From the IMG/VR virus record IMGVR_UViG_3300050034_000334: DNA of 64,000 bases. The stretch is one strand, 5' to 3'. The first letter of the stretch is position 1, and every line of letters begins with the position of its first letter. The stretch comes from a virus. Lineage: Duplodnaviria; Caudoviricetes. A program made the translations under genes and the position numbers. Under the pieces are notes generated by a model that saw only the letters and a program-made list of their open reading frames with translations, ran no database searches and was not told the origin of the DNA. This document shows, piece by piece, positions 37,101 to 45,986 of the stretch.

Positions 37101-38321
37101 CACTTCCATGGAGTGAAGCCGACTGATGGCATCGGCATCATTTGCGACACCGGGGGTCCTCAGCATTCCAGCGCCCGCATTGCCACTGGTGTTCTCGCCG
37201 CCGTTGCCAGCCGACTTGAAATACTCATGTGAACGGAGGGCCTTCTCAGCTTCCTCCTTGGATGCGTGAGAGTCAAGAATCTTCCCATCCTTGACATTGC
37301 ACCACGGGGCTTCCTTACCCTCTGAATCCTTGTGACCAGGCTTGTGCTCGATGGTTGCGAACTTGGACTCGAACTTGACTGAAGCACCCTTGCTGTTTTC
37401 GATGTTCATGTCAGAGGTGAATGATCCAGGCTCTCCGTAATCCGGATGGGCGCGAATTCCTTCAGGTTCCTTGATTGTGGTCTTTCCCACTTCCTCAGGA
37501 GCCTTGATCTCCTCGCCCTTGACTGTGAAGTCCTTGGTCAGTTCAGCCAAGACCTGAGTCTCACCAGGTTCCAGACCGTTATTCTCGGCCAGGATGATGG
37601 CTGCAGTCTTTCTGCTGAGCACAGCATAAGGCTTGCGAGCCGATGCCTTCTTGTTGACCTCATCACCCTTCTCCAACTCAGGGAAATTCTTGAGAGGATT
37701 TTCAGTGATGAACGGATACTGCATCTTCGGAGTCACGTCACAGACATCCACGCGAGCGGTGTCGATGTCAGTGGTGAGTGTTTCGAAAGCACTGGACAAG
37801 GCTGGATCGAAGTAGCAAGAGAAGATCAGGTGGCGAACCAGGTTGGCCAGTTCCTGATCATCCTTCGTGTACTTGAACATGACATATTCGCGAGGATTGG
37901 TCCAGGCCGGCAAGAACATGACGATGGATTCATACTTGCCCGACTGTTCGTTCTTGAAGAGCCGGTCTTTGATCTCCTGGTAGTCGGCCTTGCTGTATTC
38001 ATCGAACTCGGACTCACCAATCTTGTGCTCGAGAAGATCTGAAACCTCCTCGCCACCGAACTCACGGACAATTGCTCCGTAGAGGAGAGCCAGAGGGAAG
38101 TCTTCAAGGTTGTCTGCCACTGAAGCAGGAACAATCATGACGCGCCCAATGACAATGTGCTGACGAAGACCCTCGTAGAAGACCTGAAGAGACTGAATCG
38201 TTCCAGAACTCTTGGCCTTGTCCTCGCCCTGTTTGATAGCGGCGACGACTTTCGCGAGTAGATGATCTCCGATCATGAATGACTGCCAAGATCTTGCGGA
38301 GACTGTTCCCATTGGTTGCAT
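34113..38321 (-). CDS. 1402-aa acidic low-complexity protein rich in KxA motifs (putative internal head protein)
   Basis: Globular-looking N- and C-terminal regions flank E/D/P/H-rich modules; about 17 K-x-A motifs counted by eye. Confidence 0.6.
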   Translation of the reverse strand: MQPMGTVSARSWQSFMIGDHLLAKVVAAIKQGEDKAKSSGTIQSLQVFYEGLRQHIVIGRVMIVPASVADNLEDFPLALLYGAIVREFGGEEVSDLLEHKIGESEFDEYSKADYQEIKDRLFKNEQSGKYESIVMFLPAWTNPREYVMFKYTKDDQELANLVRHLIFSCYFDPALSSAFETLTTDIDTARVDVCDVTPKMQYPFITENPLKNFPELEKGDEVNKKASARKPYAVLSRKTAAIILAENNGLEPGETQVLAELTKDFTVKGEEIKAPEEVGKTTIKEPEGIRAHPDYGEPGSFTSDMNIENSKGASVKFESKFATIEHKPGHKDSEGKEAPWCNVKDGKILDSHASKEEAEKALRSHEYFKSAGNGGENTSGNAGAGMLRTPGVANDADAISRLHSMEVDRIEAPAPKVSAFTAPYQKPEEDVPDDGYCDACDRPASECICGKTAATHSRGFSSKASKKAADREARLAKLRPAGVVDAKTADVNMDFDSIWNAITEDLGPAPLVELKETKKSEPKAESTEPKAESTEPAAEPKSEEPKSEPKAEPKEDDYWNADYFAEEQEEHKEESHEHEAEEEAHEEGDHEAEVEDHEKEEDDHEAEVEDHEKEKSASVKKTAGEPQVSNQPFSALLAHDKDLGLVIMGAGAPQQAWVNGIAEMLVEEGIAKAPVFSEAFIIDGNVSGKEGRTDLALIFSPESQPNVGTLAMWRISFGNASWVDDFIANYGKDYGEEKIEWPEEQTDESMSGIYEDEDEDEDNDPHNEVTHKGGSVKKALSNPPEDQDTAKRLEGDTSINDASSEEEDHTGIKIPATEKLDKFAGIVKTAMEFTELDSLVEEMKADGFDAETIHLIFQTALGAINGEDEVVGSGWNDFGLDARTGDLMDELIRTLIQEYNSYEILEAVDAAAEDRSEADMWNNEHSQEGRMASSKKAYPDPGSSTLPEGHEWEEDKGAPDGMNVYTCACGAVYGENAGEAPYFSEGYEPHTPEFDERLKSEREEGQRHHAARDEQAPPEKKCPDCNCTSVQGIQQHYDGCPALREEEEHAKAAKSKKAEEAKHPLDSKPYDLRNAIDPKPKQSKPSGASFNIKDFVKTDPSKKASAFVLVAAEEDLPVVVEGAPKGKTENPETVRKDEREDWVTNSERPITAGFSFFYPGQALQEFYPEIQGEIVDSMPNPAPNEANNPMINDFDVSDAGKYVSTAPSAVGVGIQGQPQILNDSLPLRNEQGIRGIDFMDEYHGQLDDGIPSALLASMRLKKTANKTQDKEQFSEFIKLLVGEIAAAFVSAFKVTSRPVLNKVPGKGSISLEFVESSTSPVSSVGMSAGPGISNGSRIRSLLADLNDTDLQDIINGAWAQSAVWRNDPVDGYIYEVFVRCNKINKDTLTMEYEFITGTKEAE
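36481..36557 (-). repeat. 42-nt coding tandem repeat (DHEAEVEDHEKE)
   Basis: Two copies of tgatcctcaacctcagcttcgtgatc with period 42. Confidence 0.85.
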
Positions 38322-38324
38322 GTC

Positions 38325-38876
38325 TTATTCCTCGTTGTTGTGCCGGTAAATCTTCTGAATATGGGACAGAAAGTCTCTTACTCCCATAGCACTCTTCATA
38401 CGATTACACTGCCAACAACAAGGAACTGCATTGCCTTCAGTGTAACCAAGAGCACTATTGACCCTGTCTATCCCACCATAGATGAAAAACCCAGTATTCT
38501 CTGATTTCTTAAAAACCCTACTTGGAATCTCTCCACAGTAAACGCAAGAGGAAGTGATCAGAGAATCAAATTCTTCGTCAGACAAATCCCATACAATGTT
38601 TCTGTTTCTTGCATTTCTAGTGTAAACCTCTTTGATGCCGTTTCTAGCTGCTACTCCAAAAGGTTTTGCATTGGATTTTCCTGTACCAGAAAGAGATTCC
38701 CTTCTCAAGCAACCGCAACTACGCGCATTGCTACTGGTCAGATTGCCACCTTGAATGCTGCATTCTTTGCCACAGTCACAACGACATATCCAGCGTGCAG
38801 GAGTAATACGTCCGTCTCTCCGCATCACTACAAGTCGTCCATATCGTTTGTCGGTTAAATCGATGAGACGCGTCAT
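38325..38876 (-). CDS. HNH homing endonuclease (same family as 496..1227)
   Basis: RYGRLVV..WICRCDCG..RSCGC; CVYCG..GIDRVNSALGY..NAVPCC..CN.MK. Confidence 0.85.
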   Translation of the reverse strand: MTRLIDLTDKRYGRLVVMRRDGRITPARWICRCDCGKECSIQGGNLTSSNARSCGCLRRESLSGTGKSNAKPFGVAARNGIKEVYTRNARNRNIVWDLSDEEFDSLITSSCVYCGEIPSRVFKKSENTGFFIYGGIDRVNSALGYTEGNAVPCCWQCNRMKSAMGVRDFLSHIQKIYRHNNEE

Positions 38877-39409
38877 ACTTCTCCTATCCTTGCAGTCTCT
38901 CGACGAAGCCGTTCATCATTGGTTTTCACCAAATCAGAAAACTGTTTCATGACACTGTCAATTGTAGTTCTGTCCAGTCCTGACTCTTTCAGAGATTTAG
39001 TATACAGAGTCATTAGCTCAACAAAAACGAATTGGAATTTTGGGCCGTCAAACGACAAAAAATCCTTCTTGGAAAGGATATCACTTTCAGTCAGTGATTT
39101 CTGCAATTCCCGAAGCATTTTGATTTCGTCATTCAAACTTCGACGCTGTGATATGAAGGTGGGATCGGAGTTGCCCAGCAGCACCAGTTCCTTGAGAGCG
39201 ATGGTCATCTCAATGGTGATCATCCTGGAGATGTCAGCGACCGATGAAGTCTGGTCCTGCATCTTCACCAGAATGTCTTCGATGTTCGTTTTCCGGTGCT
39301 TCGGCCCATCATCCTTCTCTTCTTCTTTCGGAGGCATAGTATTCTCAGGAGACGGAGCTACCTTTCCATCTGAGCCATCACTGAGAAATTTGAACTCCTG
39401 GTCTTCCAT
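38873..39409 (-). CDS. Hypothetical helical protein (terminase small subunit not excluded)
   Basis: Coupled ORF, all-helical appearance; no diagnostic motif. Confidence 0.55.
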   Translation of the reverse strand: MEDQEFKFLSDGSDGKVAPSPENTMPPKEEEKDDGPKHRKTNIEDILVKMQDQTSSVADISRMITIEMTIALKELVLLGNSDPTFISQRRSLNDEIKMLRELQKSLTESDILSKKDFLSFDGPKFQFVFVELMTLYTKSLKESGLDRTTIDSVMKQFSDLVKTNDERLRRETARIGEV

Positions 39410-40728
39410 TAAATCTCCAATGAGAAGTGAGAGCCAACTTCAATCTCGTATCCTTTGGGCTGGATGATGTCAATGTCTCCCAGCTTGGCAGTCGACGAGA
39501 GGTCGTATTCATTAAGCATCTGATGACCATCTTTCGGTGCACCAGAAGCAATCTTGTGGTTGGAAGAAGCCGTGCTCATCCCAGGGAAGCTCAGCAAAGT
39601 CCCGCCAGTGAGACCGCAGTGCATGCTGCTGCGATAAGCACAAGAGGAACACTTGGGTGCTCCAACGATGGCGTTCTGGACTCCCAATTTCCCCTTGAGG
39701 AAACGGCAGTCAATCTGGGAGAGAGCGATCTTGGTTCCTGCAGTCTTCAATCCACCCACGAACTTCTTCACGACATCAGCCGCCCGGACTACGCCAGCGG
39801 TCTTGACACCGAATGAATAAATCTTCTCGAGGGATGCTCCAGCAGTGTGAGCCTTGGAAATTGCAGCAACGGTGAATTCCGGAGAGGTGGTCTTGATGGT
39901 AGAAGCTGTCTTGGCCGCCGTGGTTCTCTGGGTGACCTTGTCATCCACTCGGACGATAGGAGCCTTGTCAGCGGTCTTCTGCTCGGCGCCATCACGGATC
40001 TTGGCAAGGTGTTCGGCTGCAGTAAACTGCTTCTTTTCCATGAACTTGTTGGGTTCCCAATAGTCCATGCCGTTCACATCTTCTGTTCCGCCGGCATCCA
40101 GATACTCGTGGGCAGAATTCCAGTTGAAGATGACATTTTCAGCCAGCTTCTTCTTGAGATAGTTGCTGATCTTCTCCTTGGAGTGACCGGCAGCTATGGC
40201 CTTGCGAATGCCCGCCCGGATGCTCTCATCAGAGATACGCTTGCCCTTGGTTTCGACTGTGGTGCCCTTGGCTTTCTCAAGTGAGATTGAGACATCCGCC
40301 AGCGCATTGTCATCCGAAGTGACCGCCGCCGCGCGATTCTTCCAGTCGTTGGGGACGGAAGAAACTCGAACGGTATCAAACGGATCTCCAAGAGGATCTC
40401 TGTCGTCGATTGGTTGCGAAACTTGCGCAGTCAAACCCTCTTCAGAGCAACCATTGTTATAGCAGCGAAGTACACCCAGTTGGTCCTTCTGCAATGGTTT
40501 ACTGCATGCCGGGCAATTCTGGTCGTACCCAGAGGCAAAGTGAACACCACCGTGGACTTCTCCTCGGTCACCTTCAATGGAACGTGTGAATGCCTTGTCA
40601 ACCTCGTCATGAGTCAGGTTCAAGAGTTCCTGACCAGAAGCTCTGGCTGCATTGAGTCCCACATCCTCATAGTCCGATGGTCCGTCAAGGAACGCGTCGA
40701 TGATACTCGAATACAGTTTTTCTGCCAT
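39409..40728 (-). CDS. Hypothetical protein with Cys clusters and KxA motifs
   Basis: CPAC..C..C and C..C..CG; KLAE, KTAD, KTAS, KTAG twice, KIAS. Confidence 0.65.
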   Translation of the reverse strand: MAEKLYSSIIDAFLDGPSDYEDVGLNAARASGQELLNLTHDEVDKAFTRSIEGDRGEVHGGVHFASGYDQNCPACSKPLQKDQLGVLRCYNNGCSEEGLTAQVSQPIDDRDPLGDPFDTVRVSSVPNDWKNRAAAVTSDDNALADVSISLEKAKGTTVETKGKRISDESIRAGIRKAIAAGHSKEKISNYLKKKLAENVIFNWNSAHEYLDAGGTEDVNGMDYWEPNKFMEKKQFTAAEHLAKIRDGAEQKTADKAPIVRVDDKVTQRTTAAKTASTIKTTSPEFTVAAISKAHTAGASLEKIYSFGVKTAGVVRAADVVKKFVGGLKTAGTKIALSQIDCRFLKGKLGVQNAIVGAPKCSSCAYRSSMHCGLTGGTLLSFPGMSTASSNHKIASGAPKDGHQMLNEYDLSSTAKLGDIDIIQPKGYEIEVGSHFSLEI

Positions 40729-41519
40729 TACAACCCTCCTTGGTATAGGCCGGACTTGGACCTATTTCTTTCAGCAATTCGAATTGCCTGAGCAGCGCGA
40801 CGTTCGGGAGTCCATGCCGATACCATTTTCTTGCAAAATTCGGAAGAACGCTTCTGACCTAGGTTTGAAAGACGACTTTTTAGACGCTCTTCTTGTGAAA
40901 CTACCCTTCCCTTGGAGGATTCTCTGTGCTTTCGACGAGTTTCATCAGTTACACCTGCTCTAATGGCTGAAGAAGAGTTTTCTCTGTAGTCTGGATCTCT
41001 CCATAAACTTTCCATTCTTACAGCAAGTAAATCGTAATTGACAGAAGGAGTTTTTCCCTTCCTCTGAGCACAAAATAGAGCTCTTGTGAAATTTGAATGA
41101 GTCCTGCCGGTACTACTGACCCTGTGTTTCTCTCGTGTATCCTCAGAAACGAACCTTCCTGTCATTGCTACACGCAGCTTCTGCTTTGTGGATTCTGAGG
41201 AAGTTCTCCCACGCATAGGAGCACCTGCTTGAAGAGCGATGTTGTACCCACTATGAACAGCATCGAAAGCATCAATGGCTAGCTGTTCTTTCTCCAGAAG
41301 TTGCTCTGTAGGACAGTAAATAATCACGTCGAATTCAAAAACGGATTCTCCATACTTATTGAAGGCATTCTGAAGTTTGGGGTTGTAATGCTTGTTTGTT
41401 TTCAACTCTCCGAAGTGTTCCTGGCATCTCTTTGATAAATCGGCACTGCTTCCTATGTACACTTTTTGGTTCAAAGTGTTTAGTATCCTGTAAACCCCGC
41501 AATTTGACCAATCATTCAT
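40728..41519 (-). CDS. GIY-YIG homing endonuclease with NUMOD3-like repeats
   Basis: CGVYRILNTLNQKVYIGSS..GYNI..AG; GR..S..T..K repeats. Confidence 0.9.
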   Translation of the reverse strand: MNDWSNCGVYRILNTLNQKVYIGSSADLSKRCQEHFGELKTNKHYNPKLQNAFNKYGESVFEFDVIIYCPTEQLLEKEQLAIDAFDAVHSGYNIALQAGAPMRGRTSSESTKQKLRVAMTGRFVSEDTREKHRVSSTGRTHSNFTRALFCAQRKGKTPSVNYDLLAVRMESLWRDPDYRENSSSAIRAGVTDETRRKHRESSKGRVVSQEERLKSRLSNLGQKRSSEFCKKMVSAWTPERRAAQAIRIAERNRSKSGLYQGGL

Positions 41520-41842
41520 CAGAACGTGAGATCTCCTAAGATTTGACTCAGAAAGTTACCAGGTGAATCCGCTGGTGCTCCAGCTATTGACTCTCCGTTG
41601 TCAACTTCATCAACAGACAGTCGTATAATCTTTCCTCCCTGTACTTTCCAAAAGTTTTTTGTTGATACGCACCTGTATGCATTTCCAGCCACACGAATCA
41701 GCCCCATCTCCTTTATCTTTTGGCGGAGTTCTGGGGTTATGGATGCTGTCTTGAAATGATGTTCAGTAGGAGCAGAAGAGGGTTGTTCACTCACCTGTCG
41801 ACTTCCGCCCAAACCATGACTGCTATACCGAAATCGATCCAT
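41519..41842 (-). CDS. Hypothetical protein
   Basis: AGGAG RBS; FKTAS then GLIRVAGNAYRC..FWKV. Confidence 0.7.
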   Translation of the reverse strand: MDRFRYSSHGLGGSRQVSEQPSSAPTEHHFKTASITPELRQKIKEMGLIRVAGNAYRCVSTKNFWKVQGGKIIRLSVDEVDNGESIAGAPADSPGNFLSQILGDLTF

Positions 41843-41901
41843 TTTCGGACTCCTCTAAGAAAGGAGTACGAAAGTCTCTTTATGCTGGAGAAGTATTCCT
41901 G

Positions 41902-42666
41902 CTATCGGTTTGCCCTAGATACAAAAACGCTGCGCTCGAAATCTGGATCAGAAACATCAATGCAAAACTCTCCTAGGATGTCCGGATCCCGGAGTTGAAT
42001 GTGTCCCTGCTTTGATAGTTTCCGTCTGCTGTATCCCATCCCAGACGCACTCGCCTTCTCAATGAGACCTTGTAGATAGGCACCCAGGGCCTTGCCTTGT
42101 CGATTCTCAGACTGCTCCAGAACTTGAGCAGCGCGACGTATAGCTCGACGCACATCAGGGCGATGCAAGTGGAATACGTCAGCGACAATCTGAAAACTTT
42201 TGGTCTTCTCGTAAAGTTCGATCGCCTTCGACATCTCCATATTCTCGAGCAAAGTGGACTCAAGTCCTTCCTTCTCCAAAATGCCCTTCATCGCTTCCTG
42301 AGTGGGAGGTCCCAGCAGGATGAAAGTGCCCACTCGTTCTACCGCCTTCCGGATCAGAAACGAACACAGAGTCTGTGTTGTGCGGTGGATGACCGCCAGC
42401 GTGTTCTGTGTCTTGGAGAGGAGATAGTAGCTGAGGAGAAGTTCTTGATCTTCTTTGGAAAGGTAACGGATGATCCTGAGGAACTCGGTGAAGTTTTCTT
42501 CCACATAGGTGAAGATGTCATTCTCAGACAAATCCGCCTGAGTTTCCAATGAAATAGTTGTAATCCCTTCCAGCGATTGGTCCTCAGAAAGGAGAAGAGA
42601 TCTTTGTGCGGTAACGGCGTCCATGTAAGGTGATGATTCCATGGTACTTAACCCTCCTTCTGCCAA
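41902..42666 (-). CDS. Sigma-70 region 4-like double-HTH protein
   Basis: YLSKEDQELLLSYYLLSKTQNTLAVIHRTTQ..IRKA, and a second HTH, SFQIVADVFHLHRPDVRRAIRRA. Confidence 0.6.
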   Translation of the reverse strand: MAEGGLSTMESSPYMDAVTAQRSLLLSEDQSLEGITTISLETQADLSENDIFTYVEENFTEFLRIIRYLSKEDQELLLSYYLLSKTQNTLAVIHRTTQTLCSFLIRKAVERVGTFILLGPPTQEAMKGILEKEGLESTLLENMEMSKAIELYEKTKSFQIVADVFHLHRPDVRRAIRRAAQVLEQSENRQGKALGAYLQGLIEKASASGMGYSRRKLSKQGHIQLRDPDILGEFCIDVSDPDFERSVFVSRANR

Positions 42667-43355
42667 AGAACAGCAGCTCCCTTCATACCAATTTCTGACA
42701 TGCGATTAGGATTTGAGAGAATTTGTTTCCTAGCTCTTTCAGCCTGAGCCTTACGGCGTTCAGGAGTCCATGCTGATTTCATTTTTGTTGTGATTTTAGA
42801 TTTCCATTCAGGATCTTGCCAATTTTCTCTTAACTCTTTTGCAGCACTCTGTATGCCTTTAGCTGTATCTTCGGCAGTGAACTTGTAGTAGTCCTTATCA
42901 GCTTTCCTTCTTACCCAGGCTCTTCTCAGTTTGACAATCGCAGAATCGGAATGCTTCTTTCCCACTCTTCTAACTTTGATGTCGTCCTTGAATTTTTGCG
43001 ATTGAGCACGCTTCTTCCCAGCCGCTCTGCAGGCCTCTACTTGCCCTGGCCATGTACCTCCATCCCATCCATTTTGTGCTGCGTTGTACCCAGTGTCTCT
43101 CAGATGGGACTGTAATCTAAGTATCCAAGCGGACTCTCTGGCTCTCAACCAGAGTTCGTCTTCAACTTCTTCTAGAATCTCAAAATCCCAAAAATCTGAT
43201 TGCTTGTTCCAAGCTCTTTGCAGATAAGGATTTCTGTGTTTACCCGCTATCAAGTCCTTCTTGTGATTTTGAAGACGATTTTCCACGTCTACAGAGGAAC
43301 CTATGTAGACCTTACCATTTACCAGATTGAGAATCCAGTAAACTCCAGCAACCAT
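42648..43355 (-). CDS. GIY-YIG homing endonuclease
   Basis: AGVYWILNLVNGKVYIGSS..RES.WI..GYN. Confidence 0.9.
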   Translation of the reverse strand: MVAGVYWILNLVNGKVYIGSSVDVENRLQNHKKDLIAGKHRNPYLQRAWNKQSDFWDFEILEEVEDELWLRARESAWILRLQSHLRDTGYNAAQNGWDGGTWPGQVEACRAAGKKRAQSQKFKDDIKVRRVGKKHSDSAIVKLRRAWVRRKADKDYYKFTAEDTAKGIQSAAKELRENWQDPEWKSKITTKMKSAWTPERRKAQAERARKQILSNPNRMSEIGMKGAAVLWQKEG

Positions 43356-43422
43356 TTGGGTTACTCACCTCCTACCCGATATCTATAATACTTCGGTAGA
43401 AGGTAGAAAGGGAAATGTGCAC

Positions 43423-43901
43423 TTACTTGTGCATGTAGTACACGGTTATCGCCCATCCGATAAGCCCACCGACGCCTGAAGCGAGGAAGCAAGACGCAAG
43501 CACCATTCCAATAGTCTTCCAGCGCCATTCATCCAGGACAGCAACTTTTGCTTCCAGTGCTCCATGGACTTTATCGAACCAGTCTTTTCTACCCGACTTT
43601 GCTCAAGGCCGGTAATTCTTACTTCCATCTTCCCATGGTTGGCCTCATACCATTCCTTGTCAACGAACCGATGCCGAACGTCGTTCAGCTCGACCATCTT
43701 TCCTTCGATGGCGTGGTATGCAAGCTCAACAGCCTTCTGTTCTAGAACATGCTTATCGTCATGACCCTTCTGCCAGGTTTCAAACGTGGTTTCGAGGACA
43801 GCCACCTTCCCTTCGTCTGACATCTTCTGCCATGACTGAAAGGTAGCTTCCAGAGCAGCAAACTTCAGTTCTAGATCCTTGTCACGGTTGTTGTCTTCCA
43901 C
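43423..43901 (-). pseudogene. Coiled-coil plus C-terminal TM protein with an apparent -1 frameshift
   Basis: A shift at the A4 run (43585-43588) gives VEKDWFDKVHGALEAKVAVLDEWRWKTIGMVLASCFLASGVGGLIGWAITVYYMHK*, which echoes the upstream VDKEWYEANHGKMEVRITGL unit and adds a TM helix. Confidence 0.65.
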
Positions 43902-43915
43902 AACTGACCAACTTC

Positions 43916-45823
43916 CTACTTCCTGACAGGACGAGCACGAGTGAGCTTCGAACCGAACTTCTTCGAAGGATCATCGTTGCCCATCCAGTAGTTGTCGGAG
44001 CCAGAGGCTTCCTTGACTTCATCCTCGATAGGCTCCTCTTCGACAGGTGGCGGTGGCAGCGCAGGCTCTTCTTCGATGTGCTCTTCTTCCATGCCCATGC
44101 CCGGCTCTTCCTCGGTGTGAATTTCCACACCAGAGTTTTCGGCCAGGTTCTCGATGGCGCCAGCGGCTTCATCCAGGAGTCCATACACTTCGCTCAAGGC
44201 CTCGCCGAACTGCTCCGGCTCTTCCTCAGCCAGCTTCTTCAGGCCGGCAGCGAACTTGGAGGCTGCTGCCTTCTTCTCGGTCGGACTCGCTGTCTTCGGT
44301 GGATCGGAGAGATTGAGATTGTCTCTCATGTTGAGGAAGGAAGCACGAAGCGAGCCGAAAACATTGGCCAGTTCCGTAAGGGCTGACTTCACTTCCATGG
44401 GTTCATTCTTCGCAAGGAGAACCAACTTGTGCTGCTTGGGTGCCGCAGTGGCTGTTCTCGCCTTCTTGCGATTCGCGATTTTCTTGAGCAACTCTTGACG
44501 AGTAGTTGTTGAAGTTGCGGCCATGATGGGTTTCTCCTGTTTTGAAGCGTTCAAACTTGTGTGCAAGATCTGATTTGGAAGATCTGGAGGAACGGTCACC
44601 CGCTCCTTGCGCTCTTGAGGTTGACCAGGTGTGGGAGGAGCTCCTTCACTTCCTGGAGGTGGTGTATTCTGAGGTGCCCCATTGGGATTCACCACAGGAA
44701 TCTCTTCTTCCTGACCGGGAGCAGCTGGTGCTGTGCTCGAACCTGGAGTGGTGTGGTAGTAATCAGCCGTCTTCAGGGAGCTAAGCAACAGAGAGGATTT
44801 CTTGGAAGGAGTCTCAACTCCTCCAATGCGATCACGAATCAGATTCAGAATGCTGTGTGATGGATCGTACTCCGAGAACTCCATCATCAGCTTGCCGAAC
44901 TCCTTGTAGAGTTGCTTGAGACGATCGCCGCCCAAGCCGGTGTCACTCTTGAACTTGTCGAGGAACTCGGACTTCTTGCCATGTTCAGACTCGACAATGT
45001 AGTCGAAGATCATCGCCATCACCTTGGCGATCTTTTCAGACTTCTTGGTCTCCTTGACAAATTCATAGAACTCGTCGCGGATGGTCTTGAGTTCGTCCTC
45101 TTCCTCGATGTCCTTCACGCTCCTGTTGGCCTGAGCATGCTCTTCAGTGTCGAGGATGTTGAACTCGGTACCATCGTCTTCGGATTCTTGAATCAGTGAG
45201 ACCTGATGCTGTGAAGGCTCCTCTGAATCTTTGCCTTTCTTCCAATCCACATGCCTGTCGATGAAGTCTTTGGCATCACTGAGACGATAGCCAAAAATGT
45301 ATCTCAGATAGCCAGTTATCTGCTTTTCAAGAGGCTTGGTTCTGTCCTCTTCTGGGACCCTGTTCGGATCGAACTTGGAAAGAGTCTTGCGATCATACAA
45401 CTCTCTGACGAGAACGTGAGAGATCGCTTCATCCACCAAGTCCTCATCAAGTCCACCGGCTGCTCCCTCTCCATAGAGACGAGAGATGTAGTTCTTTTGG
45501 AACCACTTGTCCCAGTTCTGGGCTTCGTCAATAGGATAACCGGATTCCTTGATTGCCTCCTTGACGATCTTGTCGATCTCCAACCCATAGACTGCGATCA
45601 TTCGCAATGTTGCCACGAAACGCATCATCTTGGGTGAAGTGATCAATCCCTTCTTGGCCAACTCGGAGGAGCTCAAGGTCAGCTTTTGTGTTCCAGCTAT
45701 GTTTGTAAGCTGGTATTTCTCTCCAGATGGGGAGGCAATTTTCGCCTTCACCCGGAAGGAACGTCCTTCCCTGGTTGTGATTATCTGACCTGGATCAATC
45801 GAAATGTGAGCATTCAGTATCAT
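43916..45823 (-). CDS. Modular protein: sigma-like central domain plus scaffold-like helical C-terminus
   Basis: EDLVDEAI..L.KFDP..ITGYL, VSL..DD..LD and an HTH-like end; LKTAD boundary; KxA-rich C-terminus. Confidence 0.55.
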   Translation of the reverse strand: MILNAHISIDPGQIITTREGRSFRVKAKIASPSGEKYQLTNIAGTQKLTLSSSELAKKGLITSPKMMRFVATLRMIAVYGLEIDKIVKEAIKESGYPIDEAQNWDKWFQKNYISRLYGEGAAGGLDEDLVDEAISHVLVRELYDRKTLSKFDPNRVPEEDRTKPLEKQITGYLRYIFGYRLSDAKDFIDRHVDWKKGKDSEEPSQHQVSLIQESEDDGTEFNILDTEEHAQANRSVKDIEEEDELKTIRDEFYEFVKETKKSEKIAKVMAMIFDYIVESEHGKKSEFLDKFKSDTGLGGDRLKQLYKEFGKLMMEFSEYDPSHSILNLIRDRIGGVETPSKKSSLLLSSLKTADYYHTTPGSSTAPAAPGQEEEIPVVNPNGAPQNTPPPGSEGAPPTPGQPQERKERVTVPPDLPNQILHTSLNASKQEKPIMAATSTTTRQELLKKIANRKKARTATAAPKQHKLVLLAKNEPMEVKSALTELANVFGSLRASFLNMRDNLNLSDPPKTASPTEKKAAASKFAAGLKKLAEEEPEQFGEALSEVYGLLDEAAGAIENLAENSGVEIHTEEEPGMGMEEEHIEEEPALPPPPVEEEPIEDEVKEASGSDNYWMGNDDPSKKFGSKLTRARPVRK

Positions 45824-45986
45824 TCTATAGAGGAGGAGGTAGTCGTTTCTTTGATATCAAAATGATAAAGTGTAATGTCTGAACTATCAGAACCACTGTA
45901 GTGAGTGACCTATCCTTATAGTCACGAGCGCAACATCAGACTACGGGATTCTCAGATTGAGAGTCACCTTTCAGGAGAAATTCCAA

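Noticed and set aside
33168-43355. Group I introns housing the endonuclease genes
   Set aside because: Flanking genes have their own starts and stops, and the gaps are too short for intron core structure.
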